Shown piece after piece: positions 47,935 through 59,900 of a stretch of DNA of 64,000 nucleotides. Numbering within the stretch: the stretch's first letter is position 1; every line of letters starts with the position of its first letter. The notes beneath the pieces are model-generated. The model was not told the DNA's origin. It saw only the letters and a program-made list of their open reading frames with translations, and did not search any database. Position numbers and translations under genes: made by a program. This stretch comes from Podarcis tiliguerta (taxonomy: Eukaryota): the NCBI GenBank assembly GCA_965153285.1, contig OZ229115.1, one strand, 5' to 3'.

Positions 47935-50533
47935 TAGAAATTTAGCAGGAGAAGTGCAGCAGTTTTCCAGGCACAGTAGCATGCAGGTGTATATGTTTGT
48001 ATAATAACGTCTCTAAGGTAAGTGAGAGGTAGAGTGGAGCCTCTCTTGCGTGGGTTGATATGAAAGAATGGATAGTATATTTGACTGCAGTTAGTGAATG
48101 GAGTGCTGCAGTGTTGCTCAACAGCAAAATGAAATAGTTTGTGAATTTGCAAAGAGCTCTATAGCAGAGATTGTTATACACATATATGAGAGCGATTATA
48201 GTGCCTCATTGTGCCTATATTTATACCCAGTCTTTCTGGTTTTTCACCCTGGCTTATTATGATGTTTTATGGCGTTTCTTACTGTAGTTGCTTCATACTG
48301 TTTTATTGTTGGCTTTTATTTTTTTATATACTGCTGTTTTTATTGTGTTTCACTACATGCATAAGCTGTCATGAACTATATAAGGAAAGGTGGGGGTGAA
48401 TATTTGGAATAGCATTCACTATTTCTACTTTCTGGAAACCAAAGACGTTTTTGTTTTGAGAAGCCTTTTCAGCTGGATGAATTTTCTTTTTCTTTTTTAA
48501 AAGATACCTGTTAGAAAATTACTCTAAAACTGAATGTCCCCTTCTGCCATAGCTCCTACCTTCTGGGTACTTATAACTCTGCATTTGTTGCCTTACACCA
48601 CAAGCAAGAAAGTTGAAGTGAATTTGGATTACGGGTTACAACGGTGTGTCATTTTCTCATTATGTAAATATTTCTGGCTCCTCTACCTGGTTAGTATTTA
48701 CCTGGGAAAGCCTCCTAAACAAATCTGCAAAGTATTACATTTAACTAAAAGAAAGATTCAGCCTGGCCTACAAGAAGGAGAAGCCCGTAGAGGATTTCTT
48801 ACAAAGTTTCTTAAATGTTCATGTTCCTCGAAGTATTGATCTTATTAAATCTATAGCTGGTTTTGAACCTCTCCCCCTCTCCCCCCCAAAATGGACTTTT
48901 TTTTTGCACATGAAAGAGCAGCTGGTACCCAGAGAGGCAGGAGCAGTCTTTCAATGGCCATGGGCCTTCCATCCATCTGACTGGGAGCACTTGCTCCCTG
49001 GCTTCCTTTGATCAGCCACACTGGAGAATAATACTAAATAGAAAGAGGAACAAAAGGAGCAGCTTGGAGAGGCTCCAATTTGTAATTCAAAAAAGGGGGT
49101 TGGAAATTCACATTCCTGCTTGCTGCAGCCCTGAGGGGGGAGGGGAGGGTAGGAGGGGTGGGGGACGTGATTTCATCACCCCTGATGATTGCCTGTTGTT
49201 TTCTTGCTGCTGCCACAGTCCTAGTGCAATAAGATGGGGGTTTGGGGGAGAGATACTCAGACAAAATCTACCCAATCATGTTAGACAAATTCCTTCTCTT
49301 TAATTCTGGAAGGTGGGTGGTGGTCTTTTAAACTGGCCCAGCCCAGCAAAACCAAGAATGAAAATCAGATGGCTTAGATGGGTTAATCCAACACACTCCA
49401 CAGTGGGGTCCCAGTTAATCCAAGCTTGGTAAATGTACCAGAGTTAACAGCAGTTTACAAACAAGATACCTCCTGAAAGGAGTGAGAAAAGATAGAGCTG
49501 AGTGTGCTAAGCTAACCAAGCATGTGTTTCTTGCATAGCGTTTGTTCAGTGCTGGGTGAGTTGCAAGGCACAGAGGCAGGCAGCCCAGAGATTCCTTTTC
49601 TCCTGCTATGAAAAGAGCAACCCTGCCGACAGCTTCGGAGTTCTCATCCAAATGACATGAAGATGCATGTAAAACAGGAGCCTAACATTGGACTGAGAAA
49701 GGAGAAGGAACAGAACCATGGTTCAAACTATTGCTCTCACCGCCTGGTCATCGTATACCCATCAGATCTTGGCTTGCCTTTTGTCGGTTCTGTGACTTGC
49801 GGCCTTATCAATGGCAGCAAAAGTGTCATGTTTGAAGGATTGATGCAACAAGTCATAATTTTGATCTGACTTGTGAGATTACTCCCAATGGCTGTGCTAA
49901 AGGTGAACTTGCCCCCATCTGCAGTTGGTCCACAGTGGGAGAAATTTGTGAAACCTTTGCATGTATCAGCATACAGTTGGGGTGATTCTGAGCCAATTAA
50001 CTGATGGGTTTTGAAATAAGAGCAGCTGCAGTTCACTGTTCCACCCCCATTCTTCTCTAAACATGACAGCACTTGTATAGTTCTGCCTTCCCAGGTGTAT
50101 GCATGCACACATGTGACCCTATCTTCAGATACTTGGATTGACTTCTGGCACATAACCTCCCCCCCCCCCCCGAAGAGATCAACAAATGTATCACTACTGC
50201 ATGCATTTGATAAGTTGGGAAAAGGAACTACAGTGGCTGTTTTGATTGCATCAAGAAGATAGGTGTGATTCAGTAAATGCAGTGTGGGCATTCACTATGT
50301 GAGACTGAAATCCCTACTGAAACAAGAAGTAATTTGGACAAGCTGCTTTGGACAAACCTGAACTATCTCAGAGTCCTGGTTTAAGGATAAGCAAGATAAA
50401 AAAAAAATGTGAGTGGTCTCTTGGAATATGCTTTCTAGACCAGAATGCCAACAGGAGTAGAATCCAGAGGTCAATTATAGATGTCTGCTTTAGACATGAG
50501 ACTGCTATACTGTACAGGGGGTGGTGAGAAATA

Positions 50534-50698
50534 CTGTATTTTTCCATCTATAAGGCACCCCATGTATAAGACACCCCCTATTTTGGGGGACTCATATTTA
50601 AGAAAATGGGGGGAGATGTATCTGTGTATAAGATGCCCCCTAATTTTTGACATTATTTATTAGGAAAAAAATCTAGTCTTATACAAGGAAAAATACAG
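50534..50698. mobile_element. Short Tc1/mariner-type MITE related to 40984-41521
   Basis: TA|CTGTATTTTTCC ... GGAAAAATACAG|TA. Confidence 0.8.
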
Positions 50699-53600
50699 TA
50701 TATGGTGGTTGTTTTTTGTAGTGAAACTTGGTAGAGTGATGATCTGACTGGCTCAACCATGCAACCCCCCCCCCCTGCCACTTTAAATCGGAAGCTCCTC
50801 TTCTCCTGTACCTTTTAATACTCTGGATGCACAGCACCAGCTCAGCTTCCCTTTAAAAGTCACCAGTAAAATGAAGCTACTCATTAAGTTCAAAGGATGA
50901 AGCAAGCACAGGGCAGATGTTTCTTTTGGCCCCTGGCTGGGGAGGCAGCCACCTAAACCCTCCAGGTGCCAAGGGTCGATTCACATAATGCCGTCTCTGC
51001 CCACGCAACCATCCCCAGGCGGGTACAAGGAGAGATAAACAAAGGTGGTGACTTCCCAGCTGCAACAATTACAGGAGCGGTTGCTGGCTCGGTCTGTAAT
51101 TACTCTGTGCATGCTTTGCATTTGTCCGCATGAGCTGTGTGAGTAGAAACCATACTGTGAACCAGCCACAACTCTCTGGGAGCTCTTGCTGTATGAAGGC
51201 CAGTCACCTTCTGGAGCTTGGAGCGTTGCCCACCAACTCCATGCCTCCAGTTCAGTGGTGGTTGCTGCCCATTGGGGCAGGTAGGGCCCAACAGTCAGTG
51301 ACACCACAGAGAATGCCAGGCAGAGCCAACTACTTCTAATGTTGCCCCCATCCTCCTCCCGGCTGATTTGTGCAATGGCAGCGCTGAGACTGAGGAGGAG
51401 GAAGCTGACGGTAAGACTCACCTCCTGGACTGGTTGTAAACGAAGAAGGCAGGCAGGTGGGGTCAGGATGAGGTTGGTGGGGCAGCAAAGGAACATGCCA
51501 GCAGGCCACAGGGAAGGAAGGGTGCTCGAGAGTCTGCCCAGCACACCACACTCCTGTCTGGGAGGAGGCCAGCTAGTAGCTGGCCAGGGTGCTACCACCA
51601 TTTCCTTCTTGAGGTTCTCAGCCGATCACATCCCCCTTCCTCCCACTAGGGGGTGCCCTTTTCCCTTCTTTGTCCTCCCTCCAGAACAGAGTCCACAATA
51701 CAGAAGGGTTCCCTTTATTGTCAATGTGATGATTTAGCAGTTCCCTGGGGGCCACACCCGGCCACTCTTGACATTGCCTCTTTTCCAATACTTGTTTGAC
51801 TTGTTCTCGATCGGTGTGCTTCACTTGCCGCCTTAGGGCTACGCTCTGTTCGTTTGTACAAAGGGGGGGGGGAGGAATCCAGGTCTTTCCCCAAGAAGTG
51901 GGAGCTGCTGCTGAGATGTCTTCACTTCAGCAGTAAAAAATATATGAAGAGGCAGGACTGCAAGCTTGGCCTGTGAGCAGCAGCACCAGCTTCCTCAGCT
52001 GTGCAGCGGCCGCTTTGACTCCCCCATTAAATCCTGGTCAATGTCTTCCTGCCCTGGTGCCTCTGAACCCGTCTCTCAGATCAGTGGCTCAGGCAACAAG
52101 CCCAGATGTATGCAGCCGTCTCCTGCATCACCCTCCATAACCAATCAATTGGCAATGCAGTGCTGCTGAATTAGCAGTTCCTCATCTCCTCTAGGACTAG
52201 CATTCACAGGGCCCCAAATTCCCCATTAAATGTGTGTTCTCCTTACTTCATCTGGATGGCCTGAGCCAGGTGGACCAAGCACAGGGCAATCATTTCCATT
52301 ATCATCACTCCCCAGAGCAGTTTAATTCATGCTGCTCTTTGTGGCTGCAACTGCCAGCTCTTCCAAGTGCTCAAATGCTAAATAATAGACTTCTCAGGAA
52401 GATAATAAGCCCTGATTTACAGATCTTCTGAAATTAATCACTTAGCTAGCAGAACCCACACAACTCTTTGGGGTCCTTGCAGCAAGGGTCTTTTGTTCCA
52501 TGCTTAAAGCATATTGGCAGCATTTGTATGTCACACAGTAAAGCCGAGCTAATGGTTTGCCATGACTGTACAGATGGTTCCCACGCAGCTCCTCTCCTCG
52601 CATGTGGGAGCAGCAACCCACATTCCCCATCTTAGCGTTACATCCAAACCAGCAATCCCTAATAATTGGTTAGGCAATATTTTCTGAAGTGAAGTGAAGC
52701 CTGATCCTTGGGACAGGAAGAATTCTAGACCAAGAATTATGGTTTGCTGCTCCTGTTCACCAAAATGGGAGCCATCTTTGTGTTCACAGGAAGCCATTAA
52801 CAATGGTGCGCTGTAATGTACGAACTGAGCCAATTGTTTTGTGATTTCCGCCACATTACCATAATGGTGGTGTTGCCATGAGGATACCTGAGTCTACAAG
52901 GAGGAGATTCTCACCTAGAACTATCTGAAGTGGTTCCATTGCTCACTGAATGTACAGTATTTTCCCAATTGATACCATTCTATTTTACAGGTTCGTACAA
53001 TCTGTAGCTAAAAGCCATTACACAACCTTGACCATCTTTGAAAACAGCCATAAAATCCTGTATTCTGCTTTTGCTTTGCAAAAGGCTTTTCCTCAAATCC
53101 TGAATGAAAAGTGATTGAATAAAATATCCCCTAAACTTTTTAGACTGAGCTTATCATAATAGATCTAGTTGTTGCACACAATTGAGAGAACAGGGTATTC
53201 TCAACTTGGATTCAGATTGATTTAAAAAGACATTAAAATGATGTAAGCCTTTAATTCCTTGCTGCTATTTTTTAAAGATATATAGCCAGTTTCCACTTCC
53301 TAGTAATTTTATTTTTACTGTTTCCATGGCAAAGACCCATCCAAATAGCATGGAGAAATCAGCCCTCTGGGGATCCAGCTCATTGCAGAAGCCTACTTGA
53401 GTATTCATGAAATAATGAATGAACAATTACAAATAAGTACAGCTCACCCATTTACTCCCGGTGCCATCCTAGACAGAGTGCTGGAAACTAGCCTCTCCTC
53501 ACAACTCTTTCTCTACTTCTGAATTCATAGCAGAAACAGCTGGAGTCTAGCAAGCCTGAGTTTTCCTTATGGGCAGAACCTCAGATCTGCCACCAAATCA

Positions 53601-55354
53601 AGTTAAATGTGCCATACATCCTGCGGACACCATGTGTGTGTTCAAAAGAGAAAATAACCCGTGTGTGATGGTTGCATGTTACAGTGCGCTTGCTTGTTTC
53701 CTATTCCTTCCCACACAGATGTGCCCTTGCGCATGGCTTTTGTAACTTGCAGTGCAGTCCTCCCTCACACAGTGGCCGTCAGCCAGCACCACAGCTCCCT
53801 CCCTGCCCCATTTTTCTGCATTCCTTTCTTATCAGAGTGCATGCATCAATAACGCTCATATCCCAAGGTGCTTTTGGAGACTTCACAATGGGTATCTGAG
53901 TTCGATTCCAATCTTATTCGGCTCTTGTCCTGGATGGTGTTGGGCTCCTTCACATGCCTCGCAGGATGGGTCCTAAATCCAGGGTGTAATTAATTGATGG
54001 CCATTCTCCTCCTGAATGGCACTGTCTAACTTGTTTGTTTTCACTCAGTAGGCTAGGAGGAGAGGCAACATTCCTCCCTGTATCCTTGGGAGCCATTGGT
54101 TGCTCCAGCCTGTCTGCCTGCCTGATTGGCTTGCAGCTAGAGAACTGCTTGGCCCTTAGCAGCAGAGACAGGAGTTTAAGAGAAACTTGGCCTAATTTGC
54201 CTCCAGTTATGCCATGTCAATGTACAGGGAGCTGTGTGTTCCAGTTTAGCATCTTTGATGCTGGGTTTTCTGCACCTGCTTTGTTCTAGGCTGGTTGGTT
54301 GTCTACATCCAGTTCAAAACAAGGCATCTATTGCTAAGGAGTTTGTCTTGGCAGGGCAGAGAGGTTTCGTTTTGTTATTATAAGTCAGGATGCAGATAGT
54401 CACCCAAAGGATGATGGGTGCTGTTCAATAGACTTGGGCTGCAGTCCTGTACTGATTAATCTGGAAGTAAGCCCCATTGAACTCTGCAAGCCTTACTTCT
54501 GAGTAGGTGTGTATAGGATTTTGTGCTACAAAAAATGATGAAACGGCATAATTTTTATATTTTATTGGCTCAGCCATTTTGCAAGTTTTCCAACCACCAG
54601 CGATCCATCATCAGCCATAGGTTTACACAGCAGAACATTAAAATAGATTTGGTCATTTGCCCAGGGTGATGGTGCTTGGCTACTTTGCTCTGAGGACAAA
54701 AGGAAAACCCTTTGTTCTCAGGGTAAAAATGCCCAGGTAGAGAACCATTTTCTTGGAGCTCCTGCCATTTTAGATCTATTGTCGTTGTTGTGAACAAACA
54801 CCTGTACAATATACCTGTTCAGTCCCCTGACTAGTTAAAGAGGCAACAATGTTAACTGTCTTAAAAAAAATAAAATCCTAGTTATTTCAACCATGGTCCA
54901 CCAGCATGCATTGCTTCTGTTTAACTTCAGTTCATTTCAGTTGGGTTTGAATGGGGTCCCCATTCATAATCCAAGGATGTACAGCTGTGGTTTCTGTCCA
55001 ATTGCTTCCTTTATATTCTGAGTTGAGTGAGTAATAGTCTATTCAAGGGATTAGCGGTATGATCTGAGACATCCACCCGTTTTAGATTTTCCTTCAGATG
55101 TAAACCCACAAGGTGCATCATGTTGCCGCTTACCTCTCAGCTCCCACATTTGCAATAGCAGGGTGGAGACATACATTATGGGCCTATTGTGTAACAAGTA
55201 TTTGGATAATGTATAGGAAGTGCTTCTAAATTGCTATATCAATGCAAATTATTATTGTTGATTCACTTATAGCTGTAGTGTTTAAATGCTAATGCTTTCC
55301 GTTATGCAACTGTTTAAAAAACAAAAATACATAACAGACACTTCCAGTCTCTGA

Positions 55355-55445
55355 GAGTGCAATCCTAGGCATGTCTGTTAAAAAGTGATCCCCAGTGAGT
55401 CCAATAAGACTAACTCCCAAGTAACTCTGTACAGGATTGCAGCCT
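55355..55445. mobile_element. Short palindromic MITE (tgcaatcct...aggattgca family)
   Basis: Imperfect inverted repeat; related copies near 47270-47342 and 54436-54520. Confidence 0.55.
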
Positions 55446-56394
55446 GATGTACATAAACTCTTTCTCTCCCCCCCCCCCCGTTTCTTTTTGTGTATCTAAT
55501 AGCATAAGAGTGTATTGCTGCTGTTGTTTTCATTGGAAAGAGGATCTGAACTTGTGTCTATGTGAGTCATAATGAGTTCCAAATCAAAGAACTGAAGTTC
55601 TGATTATATAGTGGGCGCACTACCTAAGTGGGGAATACAGCTGCACCACTAGCAGTTTTATTATTATTATGAATCAGTCCAAATAAAGGGACGTGCCTGA
55701 GGTTCTGTGCACCTGCAGTGAGCGAGGCTGTGAGAAAGCTGGCGGCATTGCCCTTTTAAGAAGCACCATTCCTGGAGCGGCAAGCCTTGCGCAAGCAGGT
55801 TCCTTGTACATGCAAAAACGTACACAAGCAAAATGTGCTGCAAAAGTTGGTGTAAAAGGAAAGGAGGTGGAAGGGAAAGAAAGCACCCGGGCTCCAGTCA
55901 GTGAATGATTGGCGCTGGACCACCCATTGGAGAAGTCAATTGCGGCGGGGGGGGGGGGGGGGAGAGAAGGTTTCAGCCAGGGTATCTGGCCCAGGCTGCT
56001 GTCCAGCGTAGCCTATGCAGTTCTGCTTGTCTGACTAGCACAGGCTTCTCCTTTCAGTTCATCACAACGAAGATTTGCACTGATTGAACAGAGTCACCCC
56101 ACCCCACTCCACCCATGGTCGTCTTGTAAACTGGCTCGAAGAAGAGATAGAACCCCAATTTCTTTCTTTTACAAAATATTTCACAGGCTACAGAAGTCCT
56201 GAATTCTGCTCTTAGGAACATAGGGAACTGTCTTACACTGAATCTGAACATTGACCCATCTGATCGATTATCGTCTATATCGTCTATAGGGCAGCTTATC
56301 CCGGGTTGCAGCCCTAACTGGAGATGACAAGAAATGGGAACTTCTGTATGCAAGGCAAACGCTCCAGTGCTTCCCCATTTTACAAACAAGATGA

Positions 56395-56665
56395 TACCTA
56401 GTCCAGCATCCTGGTCTTACAGTGGCTGACTAGATGCCGGTGGGAAACCCACAAGCAGGATTCGAGCACAAGAGCCCCCCCCCCCTCCTGTGCTTTCCAG
56501 TAACTAGTATTCAGAAACATACTCTCTCTGAGCATGGAGGCAGAGCATAGCCATCATGGCTAGTGGACCCTGCTTGCCTTATTCTCCACGAATGCAGTTA
56601 ATCCTTTTTTAAAGCCATCCAAATTGGTGGCCGCCACTGCCTCTTGTGGCAGTGAGTTCCACAGT
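56395..56665 (-). mobile_element. L2-type LINE 3' fragment, preceded by a tRNA-derived SINE remnant at about 56215-56375
   Basis: ctagtccagcatcctg...aatccttttttaaagccatccaaattggtggcc...gcagtgagttccacag motifs. Confidence 0.65.
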
Positions 56666-57364
56666 CAAGGATAGGTGAAAAATCTAATAAATAAATAGAT
56701 TAAACACGCCTGCCTGAAACCATGCCAATCATTGCTGACAGCAGTGAGCTAGATGAACTAACGGTCTGACCCGGTACGAGACAGCCTCTTATCAATTCCT
56801 GTCCACATTTGTTATTAAAATTCAACACAGAGTTTGGCTGCTTAATTCCCACTTTGAGTGGGAGTTGAACTGCTTCTGTGCAGAAATCCATCCAGAATGT
56901 TTGCCTACACAGTCGGCGTTTTTGTGCATGTTTATACAAGGACAGCATACAAGTAGTATTTCTGTGGTGTCACTTTCTCAATAGACTGCGTAACAGCAAA
57001 ATGAAAATTATGGGCATTTGAACAGCTGCTGAGAATGAATAGCATGCCGTGGCAAAAAAACAGAAACGCTCTTCTTTCAGCTCCCAAAACCTTGGTACTA
57101 GCCTTTATAGGCACATCAACTTTGTGTTGTAGTTTTTTTTAAAAAAAAAGATGCAGAATGGGTCTACGCATCCAAATGCACCAGGCACAGAAGTTCCATT
57201 GTGTGTTTACAATACATTATAAATTGGCTTTTTAAAAGGATTTAACTGTTGGGGTTTTCCCAAATGGAATTTCTCATGTTGCGAGAGAGCCCCAGTGTTC
57301 AGGACACCAGAAGCCGTTCCTCCAGTCCCAGATATATGGAAGCTGGCTGCAATTCCCCCAAGAG

Positions 57365-57503
57365 AGGCACAGCCAGTGTGGTTTCTTCCTGGTGTTGTTG
57401 GACTGCAACTCCCATGGATGCTTGCCAACATGGCCAAGGATGTGTGGGATGATGAGAGTTGTAGTCCAGCAACATTTGAAGGGCACTATGTGGGCAACTC
57501 CTG
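57365..57503. mobile_element. hAT-derived hairpin MITE
   Basis: tgttgttggactgcaactccc / gagagttgtagtccagcaaca inverted pair; same family as 62415-62707 and 63822-63885. Confidence 0.65.
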
Positions 57504-57660
57504 CTCTAAGATGTGAAGAAAAAGGTACTCTGTGCATGCTCATTACTGGTTCATTTCTTTCAGGGCTAAACTTGGGCACTGAACATTAAGCCCCAGAGAG
57601 CCCTGATCACAGTTTACAAATTCTCTGGGAGGGATGCCTTGCAATAGTAATAATAGTAAT

Positions 57661-57830
57661 GAGAGCCATTGTAGTGTAATGGTTCAGAGAGTTGGGACTG
57701 GGACCTGAGAGACCAGGATATGAATCCCTACTCAGCCACGAAGCTCACTGGATGACCTTGGGCCAGCCACCTTCTCTTAGTACCTCACAAGGTTGTTGCA
57801 GTGATGAAATGGGGGTGGGCAGGAGAGCCA
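57661..57830 (+). mobile_element. MIR/CORE-type SINE
   Basis: gtagtgtaatggttcagagag head, tgaatccc B box, gatgaccttgggccag core. Confidence 0.65.
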
Positions 57831-58089
57831 TAGTCAGTAAACTCTTCATCTCAACGTCATGGGTTTGAGCCCCACATTGGACAAACTGCAGGGGGCTGGT
57901 CTAGATCATGAAATCATAGAGTTGTAGAGTTGTAAGGGACCCCAAGGGTCATCTTGCAATGCAGGAATTTCACTAAAGCATCCACGACCCTTCCTGTTCC
58001 CTTCCAATTCTATGCTTCATGTACACCCCCAGAAGAAAAGACGGCATATAAACGTCAGAAATAAACAAATAAAAGTCAGTCCAGGTGGG

Positions 58090-59900
58090 CAGAGACTGCC
58101 TGCGGACATGAGCAAGCCGAGGCCCTGCTGCACTCTGTACACGCTCAATGCCACCACCTGTTATTCCCGGGTTGCTCCTAAGGCCCGGCCATCGGCCAAC
58201 AGGAGCCCGGCGGACCTGCCGCCGCCGCCACTGGGGGAGAAAGTGGCGGTATAACGCCGGGGAGGGCCCCACCGCACGGCTGCCTCTCCTCTCCAGCAGC
58301 CGGGGCTGCCGCGGCTCCTTTAAGAGCCGCAGGTCTATGGAAATGAGCGTCGGCGAGCTGCTGCCGCAGCGGAGCCTTGCCGGGCTGGTTGGCAGGCGGA
58401 GAGACCTTCGCGGGCTGCGAGCAAGAGCGCACGCGGCGGCGGCGGCGGCGGCGGACCTGCTGGGGCTGATCGGCGGAGCCGGCGGGCGCCTCGGCCCGGA
58501 TCCTCCGCTGGGCATGAAGCGCAGCTGCTGAGCGACGCGCGGACGGACGGAGCGAGAGGAAGCCGGAGTGCGGGCGGCGGCGGCGGGAGATGGGCGGCGG
58601 CTGCGGCTGCTGCGCCCCCGGCCGGGCTGTGCTGCTGCTGCTGGCGGCGCTGGGGATCCCCCGCTCGGCCGCAGCCCGGAGCCCCCCGGGGCCGCCCTGC
58701 GCCCCCTTCAGCGGACCGGCCTGGCCGCCGCCGCCGGAGCCGGAGCTGCTCCCCGCTTGCGCCGCGCCGCCGCTCTCGTGGCGCTGCCCGGCCGCGCGTC
58801 CTGCCCGCGGCCTCTGGGCGCACCTGCTCGGGCCGCGCTGCGGCGGCGGCGGCGACGCGGCTGAGGACGGCGACTTGGTGCTGCTGAGCCGGCTCCTGCT
58901 GGCCCCGGAGCCGGGCCCGCGGTTCCGCAGGGGGCGCAGGCGGGCGCTGTGCATGGAGCCGGGCGCGCGCGTCCCCCTGCCGCCGGCCAGCTCGCGGGGA
59001 GGCTGCCGGCTGCGCTGCCGGTTGCGAGGCGACAGCGGCGGGAGCGAGCCGTCGGACCACCTCCAGGAGGACTTGATGCTGCCCCCTCGGGCCAGGTGCC
59101 TCCGCTCCGGGCACCCGCTGCGCCTGGAGCTCCTGTGCAGCCTCTGTGAGGAGGAGGAGGAGGAGGAGGGAGAGACCTTTGTCCTGTGGAGCCTCGGCCT
59201 GGGCTCTTCTCAACAGCAGATGGAGAAGCTGTGGCAATCCGAGGGGGCCCCCCGAGGTGGCGCGGGGAGCAGCCGCTCCAAGAGGAACGTCAACGCCAGC
59301 CCTCAGTTCCAGATGCCAGCCTACCAGGCTTCAGTGCCGGAGAACAGGCCGGCGGGGACCCCCGTGATCATGCTGCGGGCCCTGGACCCCGATGAGGGCG
59401 AGTGGGGCCGCTTGGACTACTCCATGGATGCCCTCTACGACAGCCGCTCCAACAGCTTCTTTGCCATCGATGCCCAGACGGGGGCCGTGACGACGGCTGA
59501 GGAGCTGGACCGGGAGACCAAGAGCACCCACGTGTTCCGCGTGACGGCCACGGACCACGGCGTGCCACGCCGCACCGCCCTGGCCACCCTCATGATCACG
59601 GTGAGCGACACCAATGACCACGACCCGGTCTTTGAGCAGCAGGAGTACAAGGAGAGCATGCGGGAGAACCTGGAGGTGGGCTACGAAGTGCTGACGGTGA
59701 GGGCCACGGATGGGGATGCCAGCCCCAACGCCAACATCCTGTACCGCATCCTGAACGGGAACGGCTCCAACCGGATCTTTGAGATCGACCCCAAGTCCGG
59801 CGTCATTCGCACCAACGGCCTGGTGGACCGGGAAGCGGTTGAGGCCTACCAGCTGATGGTGGAGGCCAATGACCAAGGGAAAGACCCGGGGCCACGCAGC
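58090..59900 (+). promoter_or_regulatory. CpG island / promoter and 5' end of CELSR2
   Basis: Very GC- and CpG-rich; TATA-like TTTAAGA at 58319-58325; GCG repeats in the leader. Confidence 0.8.

Noticed and set aside
50880-51740. GC-rich tract with ORFs up to 206 aa and an acidic motif ETEEEEAD before gtaaga
   Set aside because: The frame with the acidic motif has a stop at 51299, I find no convincing acceptor or partner exons, and there is no recognisable family; it may be an old repeat
57973-59237. Minus-strand ORFs of 180, 258 and 300 aa over the CELSR2 CpG island
   Set aside because: Stop codons are rare in very GC-rich DNA; the products are low-complexity Arg/Pro/Ala/Gly
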